Made by a program: the position numbers and the translations under genes
From: a bacterium
GTDB taxonomy: Bacteria; Patescibacteriota; JABMPQ01; JBDRIV01
DNA: 64,000 nucleotides
Reading direction: 5' to 3'
Assembly: GCA_043815505.1 (NCBI GenBank)
Contig: JBDRIV010000002.1
Location: 182,943 to 246,942, forward strand
Shown here: one piece after another, positions 33,088 through 41,953 of the stretch
Layout: the number at the start of each line of letters is the position of its first letter
How positions within the stretch are numbered: position 1 is the stretch's first letter
Notes under the pieces: model-generated
What the model was told of the DNA's origin: nothing
Database searches by the model: none
The model's input: the letters and a program-made list of their open reading frames with translations, nothing else

Positions 33088-33564
33088 ATGAAATATAGGC
33101 ACATAATAAATATAGGGTTAACTGCTTTCTTTTTAGCATTAATAATTGGTGGTTGGTATTTTGTTAATTATCACTCTCTCTGGAGTTTTGGTAATAAGGT
33201 TGTAGAACCATACAAAGATTTTCAATATCAGAATGAATTGACTTGTTATATTGTTCATTCAACCAGAAGTGATGCAACCGCTTGGCAACGATACAATTTT
33301 ATAGAGAAAGAATTTAAATTAAAAGATTTAAATTCTGATAATCCCAAGATTAATATGAGAGAAGATTATTGGTATGATCTAAAGAAAGTAAATGATGATG
33401 AATACTATGTTTTATTGCAGAACACTGATCCTGGTTTCTTAACTCAGACAATAGGAATAATGAAAGACAATGGATCAATGGTAAGAACAAAAACTGAAAC
33501 AAATGGAGGTACGTGGAAATTTCATGACGCCGTTGCTCAAAAGGGTAGATGTTTAAATAAATAA
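33088..33564 (+). CDS. membrane-anchored hypothetical protein
   Basis: One TM helix and an extracellular domain with two Cys. Confidence 0.7.
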   Translation: MKYRHIINIGLTAFFLALIIGGWYFVNYHSLWSFGNKVVEPYKDFQYQNELTCYIVHSTRSDATAWQRYNFIEKEFKLKDLNSDNPKINMREDYWYDLKKVNDDEYYVLLQNTDPGFLTQTIGIMKDNGSMVRTKTETNGGTWKFHDAVAQKGRCLNK

Positions 33565-33577
33565 TTAATCAAACAAA

Positions 33578-34507
33578 ATGAAAAAAATCTTTCTAACACT
33601 TTTTGTAATAATTGTTTGTGGTTTGGGGATTTACATATATCTAGATTCCTATAATCCACCAGTAGAAATAAGTGCCCAATTAGACGAATTGGAAATAAAG
33701 AAACCAGTTTTAGTTTACATGAATGCTGTTGAAGGCGCAGATAAAAATGATGTTAAACCTGGTGTATATATTAAAAGCATTGATGGAAGGGTTTCTGCTA
33801 GGTTTAATACTTTTGCCTATGCAAATATGGAATTTATAACTCCGACCGAAATGTTAATCTATGGAAATATGAATGACAATGAAAAAGCTGGTTTGTATAA
33901 AATTTCAGTCAGCGGTATAGAAGAAACTGACGTGGCTGATAATTACGTTTTTGAAAAACCGTCTATTTCGCCGACAAAAGAATTTATACGATCAGGAGAA
34001 GATGAAAATTTGTGTATTGCGACTTATGATGAAAAAGAAAAATTAGTTGGTTCTTGTCAAAAAGTGGTAGATAAAATTCCCGGTGAATGGAATTGGGAAG
34101 ATGATTATTATGTTGATAGTAACTGGAAAACAGGAGTAGATGAATATGTAATAAGAATTAGAAGTAAGAAAGAAAGCTATTTTGAATCATCACCAAATTC
34201 CGGTCAGCTTCCATTGCAACTACAAAAAGAAGTAGCTCGCTATGTTTATAATGCTAAAAGCCAAACACTGGTAGAAGATGATTTAGACAATCCAATATCT
34301 TTAAAGGGTTCTAACGAATTTATGCAAGAAAACGATTGGCAAAAAATAAATAAATTTAGAGAAAACTATAAAATTACTGGAAATTATAAGGAAAAAGCTG
34401 TTATAATCAAAGATCTAAATACTGAACAAGTTGCCAAACTATTTGATGCACCGTATATGAAAGACATTCCTATTTTTGATATGAAATACTTCGGTGGATA
34501 TTTGTAA
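33578..34507 (+). CDS. membrane-anchored hypothetical protein (possible beta-propeller)
   Basis: One TM helix; beta-rich sequence with PSISPT. Confidence 0.7.
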   Translation: MKKIFLTLFVIIVCGLGIYIYLDSYNPPVEISAQLDELEIKKPVLVYMNAVEGADKNDVKPGVYIKSIDGRVSARFNTFAYANMEFITPTEMLIYGNMNDNEKAGLYKISVSGIEETDVADNYVFEKPSISPTKEFIRSGEDENLCIATYDEKEKLVGSCQKVVDKIPGEWNWEDDYYVDSNWKTGVDEYVIRIRSKKESYFESSPNSGQLPLQLQKEVARYVYNAKSQTLVEDDLDNPISLKGSNEFMQENDWQKINKFRENYKITGNYKEKAVIIKDLNTEQVAKLFDAPYMKDIPIFDMKYFGGYL

Positions 34508-34627
34508 AATAAAATCCCTAGCACTTTTGAAAAAGTCTGGGGTTGATATAGAGTCGAATATAATCTAAAACCTAAAACTTCTGTCTAAAACCTAAATCAA
34601 ATTTCAAAAATTCTGGAGGGTGAGAAA

Positions 34628-36022
34628 ATGTTGAAGAAAGTTGCGTGTTTGTTTGTGTTGTTGATGTCGGTTTCGTTTTCAATAATAACTGGGGAGCAAT
34701 ATCTCCCTTTTATTATTGACGAAATTTGGCGATGTGATCAGGGTAATAATTCTAGTCCCTCTCATTATGGTCGTTTAGCCTACGCTTGGGATTTTAACCA
34801 AGGGAGTGGTTGGGACGATTTCAAAAAACCTTGCATAGCAACTGCTTCTGGCTCTATAGTTTATAGAGGTTGGAAATCTGGTTGGGGCTACTGCGTTGTG
34901 CAAAAATTTGGTGATTTCCAATATGGTTTGTATGCGCATTTGCAGGAAATTTTTGTGCATACCGGTGAATATGTGGATCGGAGTCAAATAATTGGTTTGA
35001 TAGGAAATTCTGGAACCAGTTCACCACACTTGCACTATCAAAGACAAAAAGGAGCTGACCCTAACAGCTGGTCAATCCCTTCAAGTTTCAATGATGCTGG
35101 CGTTCCAATTGAAGGAGGTTACTACACTTCACAAAACAGACTTCTACTTGACTGGGCCTTTAATCGTTATGGGTCAAACAAATTAGGTTACTACGAAGGT
35201 GGTGGCGTAAATCCCAACCATCCTTGGTATGAATCATGGGACAGATTCAATTTACGCGATGTCAACCGAGGCAATGTGGCCACCAATTGCGTAATCAATC
35301 ACTACAACGGAGGTGACTTTTGGGATTCAGCTTTAGTTTATGATGCCATCAACGGAGCGCGCGAAGCGCGCGTGCTTCATTCTGGTTTTTGGGTTAATTG
35401 GACCAACCAAGGTGGTCCAAATTCTTCTTTGGGGATGCCAATAACTGATGAATATGATCAGACGCATTTCGGTGGACCAGCTGAAGCGCGGCAGGATTTT
35501 CAGCTTGGTTATTTATATTACAAAGACGGGCAGGGAATATCACAGCATCAATATCCATATGGCAATTGTCCAGGGATGTTTGAAACTGGTTGGATGCCGG
35601 AGTTTTCTTACCTTTTTGCCGATGAATATAATCGGCAAGGTGCGCGCAATGTGGTAGGAGAGCCGTGGTCAATGAATGGTGTGACGGCCGCTGCTCATTT
35701 TTGGCAAGGAATTCCTGTTCAAGATTTTTATAATCCCGAAACTGGCCATTGGTCACTGCTGATGTTTTGTCCGGAAACTGGTGATGTTTATCGTATCAAA
35801 GAACCTTTTTGGTCATGCTACCGCGGGCAAAGTGGAATGGATGGTTGGATGGGATATGTAACTTGTGATGAATTTTCAGTCGGTAGTAATCCGAATCATC
35901 TGCAACAAAACTTTCATCATGGTTACATTGAAGTTATAGATGATATAGCTGAAGTGCATGAATGGGGAGGAAGAATTCATAGTGTTAGTTTTGTTGACCG
36001 CAGTGATGTAATTTCAGACTAA
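34628..36022 (+). CDS. secreted M23 peptidase with LGFP-like repeats
   Basis: HYG...AWDF, GWG, LYAHL, GNSGTSSPHLHY; LGMPITDEY, RQDFQLG and QQNFHHG resemble LGFP repeats. Confidence 0.85.
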   Translation: MLKKVACLFVLLMSVSFSIITGEQYLPFIIDEIWRCDQGNNSSPSHYGRLAYAWDFNQGSGWDDFKKPCIATASGSIVYRGWKSGWGYCVVQKFGDFQYGLYAHLQEIFVHTGEYVDRSQIIGLIGNSGTSSPHLHYQRQKGADPNSWSIPSSFNDAGVPIEGGYYTSQNRLLLDWAFNRYGSNKLGYYEGGGVNPNHPWYESWDRFNLRDVNRGNVATNCVINHYNGGDFWDSALVYDAINGAREARVLHSGFWVNWTNQGGPNSSLGMPITDEYDQTHFGGPAEARQDFQLGYLYYKDGQGISQHQYPYGNCPGMFETGWMPEFSYLFADEYNRQGARNVVGEPWSMNGVTAAAHFWQGIPVQDFYNPETGHWSLLMFCPETGDVYRIKEPFWSCYRGQSGMDGWMGYVTCDEFSVGSNPNHLQQNFHHGYIEVIDDIAEVHEWGGRIHSVSFVDRSDVISD

Positions 36023-36037
36023 CTCGTTCATTTAAAT

Positions 36038-36074
36038 AAAAAAAAGCGGCGGTTTCTATAAAAGAAACCGCCGC
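36038..36074 (-). terminator. intrinsic terminator (stronger T tract on the minus strand)
   Basis: A run followed by GCGGCGGTTTCT-ATAAA-AGAAACCGCCGC. Confidence 0.8.
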
Positions 36075-36111
36075 ACTTCTTTAAAACAATCATTTCCCCA
36101 ACCTGGGATGA

Positions 36112-36144
36112 GCCCTCCTACGCTAAAGCTTCGGGCGGGCAGGG
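36112..36144. repeat. REP-like short palindromic element
   Basis: GCCCTCCTACGCTAAAGCTTCGGGCGGGCAGGG; GC-rich hairpin resembling a dispersed repeat type recalled from other genomes. Single copy here and not verified. Confidence 0.4.
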
Positions 36145-36299
36145 TCGAGCTGATAGTGAGCTTCAAAAATCAACCACCGCGAGGCGCTTTTAGCTACCTT
36201 TTGGCGGTAAAAGGTAGAGGAAAAACATTATTGCTAAAGAGTGAAAATCTCAGAAAAATTAAAATACCTTTCGTTTTAAGGCATATTAATTTGAATTAT

Positions 36300-39014
36300 T
36301 TATTTCTGATCACTAGCTAATAAGTGAGGGGAATCACTTTTTGGTGCTTTAATAGGCACCAATAATGTGAAGGTGGTTCCGTGTCCTTTCCCTTTACTAT
36401 TAACAACAACCTTGCCACCATGAGTCTCAATAATTTTCTTGATAATATATAATCCCAAACCAGAACCGTCAGCATTAACTTTAGCAATTCCACGGGCGCG
36501 CACAAATTTTTCAAACAGTTTATCAACTTCATTCGGATCAATTCCCACACCAGTGTCTCTCACATTTATATGAACATATTTTTCGTCAATATCACAAGTC
36601 ACATCCACACTTCCTTTTAGTGTATATTTAATAGCGTTATCTAAAAGGTTGGTAACAGCAATGCGCATTTTGTCTGGATCAACAAATAGAACTGGATATT
36701 TTTTGTGAGGTTTTTTCCAATTTAGTTTAAGACCTTTGTTTTTAGCGCGAATTTGAAACTCGCTTACCACACTGGTTACTAAATCTGTTATTTGAATTTC
36801 GGTTCTATCCAAACGGAAACGACTGGATTCTATGCGGGAAACATTTAAGAATATATCAATAAGTCGGACCAAGCGTTCAATATTTTCCAAGTTAGTATTA
36901 ACAATTCTTTTTTGTTCTTTGGTCATTTTACCGAAGTCGCCTTCAGAAAGCATAGAAAGATAGCCTTTAATTCCTGATACCGGTGTGCGCAATTGGTGAG
37001 CAGCCACCGATAAAAATTCTGACTTGGCTTCATCAAGCTCTTTCAAGTGAGCATTAGCTTCAGCTAATTTAGCGGTAGCTTTCTTAACTTCAATTTTTAG
37101 TTTATCAGCAAATTGTTGAGTTTCACTATAAAGACGGGCGTTTTCAATAGCAATAGCTGCTTGGTTAGCTAAAGCTTTTAAGATGCTTAAATTAATCTCT
37201 GAAAGCGGACGGTTTGTTTTGGCATTATCAACTCCAATTACACCCAAAACCTTATCTTTGGTCATCAGAGGAAGGGCGATAAAAGCCTTGGTGCCCAGTT
37301 TCTGAATATGTTCTTTATTAACAAATTTATTTGCTTCAGCATTTTCGACTACTACAGTTTTACGGCGATCAATTACTTGGCCTAAGATACTAGTTTTTGG
37401 ATCAATGCAAATATTTTTGTAGAGATTTTCATCATCACCTCGTCCCATGGTGGCATACAGGCAATTATCTTCTTCTTTAAGTAAATAAAGCAAAGCGCGG
37501 TCGGAATTGGAAGAATCAATTACAGCATCCATAACATAATTTAAGGTTTTTTCTTCTTCCAAAGTAGCGTTAATAGCCTTACCTAAATCATACAATGTAG
37601 AAAGTTCCTTAACGCGTTGTTTTGTTTCTTCGTAAAGATTAGCGTTGTCTATGGAGGTAGCAATTTGTGGTGACAAAGTATCAAGTAACTCCAAATCTTC
37701 TGGCGAAAACATGTCTCCGGAAAGTTTGGCACCAATTACCAATGTTCCAATTAAGCGACCTTTCAAAATTATGGGTGTTACTAAATCTGAATCTAAATCT
37801 CGTAAATAGTCTGTAACTTCCTCAACTGTTTTTTTGTAAGTTTCATCTGGAGAACTTTCCATTTTGTGTTCCAGCTCATTAAAAACCACTGTACTTTTTT
37901 CTTTATTTAAAAATTTGTACAGTGGGGAATTGAATTCAAGTTTTTCTAATTTTTCATGCTTAAAACCATCGTTAGCTATAGCTTCGTTACCAGCCTGATG
38001 ATTCCAAAGTACCAGTGCAATGCTGTCTATTTTTAATATGTGTTTTAAATCTTTGATTATGCTTTTTGAAAGTTGTTTTAATTCAATGGTTTGGCTTACT
38101 TTGCGGCTTAAATCTTTCAAAGTTTCGTTGTAATCGTATTTGTCTTTGAAAAAGATTTTATCAGTTGCCTTACGCAACCAATCACGTAGGGGATTATACC
38201 CAATAGCAACTAGTACAGCGCTTATAATGGCACCAGTCATAGTTCCGCCAAACAACTGACCGAAAAATATAATAGACACAGCAAAAACGGAAGTAATAAT
38301 TAGAACCAGAACCGAATATGTTATAGACCGTACGATAAAGATTCGAATGTCCATTAAACGGTGTTTTACAATTGCGTATGTTGCAAAGGAAACAAAAAAT
38401 ACTAAAGCATAAGGTCCAAATTTACTATATATAAAATTTCCTGTAATACTTGGCAATATAAGATTTGTAAGTAAACCAATGGTTAAGCTAATAAATAATC
38501 CTAATGCAAAATACTTAAATTGAATTCTAACGTTACCTTTTGTTTTTATATAGCTGCGAATTAAAGCATATATTGATCCTATGAAGAAAATTAAAGCATA
38601 TATCAAGAAAAGGAAATATAGTTTTCCAGTTATAACTGTTACCCCAGATTCATATCTTTCAACATTTTCAATAATCAAATCGGTTAGAAGTAAAATAGAA
38701 ATTAATAAAGGTAATATATTTGTAAAATAGAAGAAGTACTTATTAAGATTAAATATTCTTTTTGGAAAGATAATAGAAAATCTTAATAGTGACCATGCAA
38801 TGAAAATTGCAGCCATGAATGTAATCCTTGTCCAAACTAAGCCATTATTAAGTGAATTATCAGACATGTAATTAGATACTGACCAAAAAATAATAAAAAG
38901 AATTAACAGGGCAAAGTAAATATTAATTTTATTTTTCCTGTTTTTATACAAGACAATAGCTCCAAGGGAAGCATTGATTATTTGTAGTATTATTAAATAG
39001 AATATTTCACTCAT
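36300..39014 (-). CDS. sensor histidine kinase: HisKA_7TM-like N-terminus, two GAF domains, HisKA, HATPase
   Basis: Multi-TM N-terminus ending YAIVKHRLMDI; GAF motifs; AAHQLRTP, NLLDNAIKYT, DTGVG, GSGLGL. Confidence 0.95.
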   Translation of the reverse strand: MSEIFYLIILQIINASLGAIVLYKNRKNKINIYFALLILFIIFWSVSNYMSDNSLNNGLVWTRITFMAAIFIAWSLLRFSIIFPKRIFNLNKYFFYFTNILPLLISILLLTDLIIENVERYESGVTVITGKLYFLFLIYALIFFIGSIYALIRSYIKTKGNVRIQFKYFALGLFISLTIGLLTNLILPSITGNFIYSKFGPYALVFFVSFATYAIVKHRLMDIRIFIVRSITYSVLVLIITSVFAVSIIFFGQLFGGTMTGAIISAVLVAIGYNPLRDWLRKATDKIFFKDKYDYNETLKDLSRKVSQTIELKQLSKSIIKDLKHILKIDSIALVLWNHQAGNEAIANDGFKHEKLEKLEFNSPLYKFLNKEKSTVVFNELEHKMESSPDETYKKTVEEVTDYLRDLDSDLVTPIILKGRLIGTLVIGAKLSGDMFSPEDLELLDTLSPQIATSIDNANLYEETKQRVKELSTLYDLGKAINATLEEEKTLNYVMDAVIDSSNSDRALLYLLKEEDNCLYATMGRGDDENLYKNICIDPKTSILGQVIDRRKTVVVENAEANKFVNKEHIQKLGTKAFIALPLMTKDKVLGVIGVDNAKTNRPLSEINLSILKALANQAAIAIENARLYSETQQFADKLKIEVKKATAKLAEANAHLKELDEAKSEFLSVAAHQLRTPVSGIKGYLSMLSEGDFGKMTKEQKRIVNTNLENIERLVRLIDIFLNVSRIESSRFRLDRTEIQITDLVTSVVSEFQIRAKNKGLKLNWKKPHKKYPVLFVDPDKMRIAVTNLLDNAIKYTLKGSVDVTCDIDEKYVHINVRDTGVGIDPNEVDKLFEKFVRARGIAKVNADGSGLGLYIIKKIIETHGGKVVVNSKGKGHGTTFTLLVPIKAPKSDSPHLLASDQK

Positions 39015-39108
39015 CGTAAATAAGCAATATAATAAGTAATTTATTATATTTTACCTTTTTCATTATATAAAAACAAACCAGACTCAACCTTGTGGATATA
39101 TTGTCTGG

Positions 39109-39684
39109 TTATATAGCAATCTTCTGGAGGACGATTCTTTCTGGATATCTTCTTGAATAATGTTCCACCGCTTCATATATATTTATATATATAGAAACAC
39201 TTTTAGATCCCATATACTCTTTTTTCCCTCCTAAGCGATGAAAAACAATATTAAGACTTCGAAGTAATCTGATCAAACGTACATCGGCAGCAGCATACCA
39301 ATGAACAAGACCATGATTGAAACCAACCTCACAAGCTTTTATGAGTAATCCAATCATTACATCGTGATTCTCATTGCTGCCCTTTTTGACTACTAGGCGC
39401 GAAACTTCCACACTGGGTACTTTCTTGTCATCAATTGGAAAATGGGATTCCATTGGGAACGTATCACAGACAATCAACCTAACTCCTCCAACTACTTTAT
39501 CCCTTTCATTATTCAAACGTGCAATAATGTGAAGTGACTTTTTATCGAACTCGTCGGTTTCAAGAGGTTCTGGATATATCGACGGATCGATATAATTCTG
39601 TTCCTTATATACTTCGTATCTCAGTTTGTAGAAAAGTTTAAGATCCTCTGGCGTTGCAAGCCTGAACATTATTTCTTTAGACAC
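39109..39684 (-). CDS. GNAT acyltransferase of the LuxI / N-acyl amino acid synthase (FeeM) clan
   Basis: KLRYEVY...ETDEFD, VGGVRLI, FPME, VEVSRLVV; GTG start with SD AGGAGGTG. Confidence 0.8.
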   Translation of the reverse strand: MSKEIMFRLATPEDLKLFYKLRYEVYKEQNYIDPSIYPEPLETDEFDKKSLHIIARLNNERDKVVGGVRLIVCDTFPMESHFPIDDKKVPSVEVSRLVVKKGSNENHDVMIGLLIKACEVGFNHGLVHWYAAADVRLIRLLRSLNIVFHRLGGKKEYMGSKSVSIYINIYEAVEHYSRRYPERIVLQKIAI

Positions 39685-39701
39685 CTAGTCATCACCTCCT
39701 C

Positions 39702-40376
39702 TCAGTACTTTGCAATCACTAAGTAGTCAGAATCACCGTATGTTTTGGTGATTTTTACATGGTTAAAGTTAGAGAACAACCTTTTTATGTCATTCTCACT
39801 CATAAAATCATACGGACCTCTTTTGCAAAGAAAGGTTAGTATTGAATCAAAAAACCATACAAGAATAAGCGAAGGTATCGCTTTCAGGCTTGTGATTTGA
39901 TTCAAGGGATTTTTTGAGATTAGTTTTTTAATGTTCCAATCCTTGCTTGGAAATGTTGCTATGACCACCCCGTTTTTATTGAGAATGGTATGTAATCTGT
40001 TAACAACTTGAAGTCTATTAGGTTCTGTATAAAGAGAATCAATGATGATAATTCTATCAAAACTGATATTCTGATCATGAAAATGGCTTATCCCTTCAAA
40101 AAAATTACCTCTAACAAAGATCCCATTAGGGCAATTTTTCCTAGCAAACTTAATCATAATTTCCGAGATATCCACACCAAACCATTTGGTTTTTATATAA
40201 TCAGGCCATCTTTTTGTAATCGTGCTTGTGCCACAACCAAGGTCTAAAATATAGCTATTATTTAGCAGGTTATGCTGGAGATGTAAAATTACATCATCAA
40301 GTTTCTGGATATAGGGCCTAAAGTAATATAGACCCCCATATACAATTGCATACAGGTTCCAAAAAAGCTTTAACAT
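39702..40376 (-). CDS. class I SAM-dependent methyltransferase
   Basis: ILDLGCGT, GVDISEIM, FDRII, LNKNGVV. Confidence 0.9.
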   Translation of the reverse strand: MLKLFWNLYAIVYGGLYYFRPYIQKLDDVILHLQHNLLNNSYILDLGCGTSTITKRWPDYIKTKWFGVDISEIMIKFARKNCPNGIFVRGNFFEGISHFHDQNISFDRIIIIDSLYTEPNRLQVVNRLHTILNKNGVVIATFPSKDWNIKKLISKNPLNQITSLKAIPSLILVWFFDSILTFLCKRGPYDFMSENDIKRLFSNFNHVKITKTYGDSDYLVIAKY

Positions 40377-40425
40377 TTTTCTACTCCCTATGTGAATGTG
40401 CGTATTTTTCTTATTTTATAGCCAA

Positions 40426-40486
40426 AGCATAATACAATAGTTAGGAATTGTCAATACTTTGACAAGACCTTATAAAAATATATAAT
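40426..40486. promoter_or_regulatory. back-to-back divergent sigma70 promoters
   Basis: TGTCAA(40449-54)-TACT-TTGACA(40459-64); minus-strand -10 TATGCT at 17 bp, plus-strand TATAAT (40481-86) at 16 bp. Confidence 0.6.
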
Positions 40487-40581
40487 ATAATCACAATCAT
40501 GAAAGCTTGTTTCAACCATAGAATAGGGAAAAGGTACATGTTATAATATCTGGGGAACAGCTTTTTTATTTTATAGATTTT

Positions 40582-41952
40582 ATGAAGATAGATTTTATAT
40601 ATATTTTACAAATTATCGTAGCTGTTTTTGATTTACTTTTAGCTTTATATGTTTTTGCCAAAGGAAATAAGAATAATAAAAATATATTTTATGCTTTAAA
40701 TATTTTGGCGATTATTTTTTGGACGATTGGATTAATTTTGTTCCAATCGTTTTCTTTTGTTGGAGATAAACTTTGGATTACTATTTTGTATATAGCACCA
40801 ACCTTTACAGCTAGTACATTTTTAGCATTTTCATATTTTTTCCCCACTAAAGATAAGAGATATTCTAAAACAAAGATTATTTCAATATTTATTATAAATT
40901 TATCACTAATTATATTAATTCTAATACCCGATTTAATTGTAATTGAAGGAAGTGTTTTTGATGGAATTAAGGGAATAACACTTGGTCCTGCTTATTTTTT
41001 ATATGTTTTATATATTTTTGGATTTTATACAATCGCATTTACAAGAATATTTTTAAAACATTTTCAAGTTAATCGAATAGAGAAAAAACAGATAAAAATT
41101 CTATTAATTGGTTATATGATTGCAGCCAATGCAGCATTTATTACAAATCTATTTTTACCATGGATAGGCAATTTCTATTTTAATAGATTCGGACCAATGT
41201 TTTCATCAATTATGGTAGCAGTTGTTGCAATAGCCATCATCCGTTATCGCTTCATGGATATTCGAGTGGTAATTAAAAGAAGTTCAATTTACATTATAAC
41301 GGTTGTAATTGCCTTAGTTATTTATGCGGCGTTAATATTTTTATTTCAAACAGAAATATTTTCCAATTTAAATTTAAATAGCACAACCGCCACTCTAATT
41401 TTAACTGCTCTCATTATTGCCGGTGTGCCACTAATTCAAAAAGGAATTAAAACATTAACAGAAAAGGTTTTTACTAAGGAAGAATATGATCCGCAAAAAG
41501 CATTAGACAAGTTAGAAAAAATTACAATAGATAATCAATCACAAAATGTTATAGAAAAAGCAGAAGAAATTATCAAAAAACAATTAGGCGTAGAAAGCGT
41601 TAAAACAGAGACCAAGGATTTTAACAATGATCTTCTGACTAAATATTTAAATAAGAGAGGGGAGTCTGTGATTGTGAAAGAGGAGTTGGAATTTATTCAG
41701 CAGAGAAATTCTGATTTGAAAGAAGTTTTGGAAAGACTAAAATTATGGTTTAAATATAATCAATCTGATGTTGGAGTGATTCTTCAGAATCAGCAAAAAA
41801 TTATTGGAGTGGTGTTGCTTGGACCCAAAGAAAACAAAAAACCATATTCCGTGCAAGACATAGAATTTTTAAATCAATTCCAAGTACGAATTTCTATCGT
41901 GCTGGCCAATACACTTTTATATGAAAGTACAATTAATCAATTAAAGAAATAG
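40582..41952 (+). CDS. HisKA_7TM-like membrane sensor with a GAF-like domain and no kinase domain
   Basis: Same architecture as the kinase N-terminus (AIIRYRFMDI; LGPK...YSVQDIEFL) but ends after the GAF helix. Confidence 0.85.
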   Translation: MKIDFIYILQIIVAVFDLLLALYVFAKGNKNNKNIFYALNILAIIFWTIGLILFQSFSFVGDKLWITILYIAPTFTASTFLAFSYFFPTKDKRYSKTKIISIFIINLSLIILILIPDLIVIEGSVFDGIKGITLGPAYFLYVLYIFGFYTIAFTRIFLKHFQVNRIEKKQIKILLIGYMIAANAAFITNLFLPWIGNFYFNRFGPMFSSIMVAVVAIAIIRYRFMDIRVVIKRSSIYIITVVIALVIYAALIFLFQTEIFSNLNLNSTTATLILTALIIAGVPLIQKGIKTLTEKVFTKEEYDPQKALDKLEKITIDNQSQNVIEKAEEIIKKQLGVESVKTETKDFNNDLLTKYLNKRGESVIVKEELEFIQQRNSDLKEVLERLKLWFKYNQSDVGVILQNQQKIIGVVLLGPKENKKPYSVQDIEFLNQFQVRISIVLANTLLYESTINQLKK

Positions 41953-41953
41953 C

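Noticed and set aside
31869-36074. Integron cassette array
   Set aside because: No integrase and no convincing RYYYAAC...GTTRRRY attC structures at the gene boundaries.
39109-39684. Calling the GNAT luxI
   Set aside because: It lacks the conserved LuxI Trp and has no adjacent luxR; the product class cannot be fixed from sequence.
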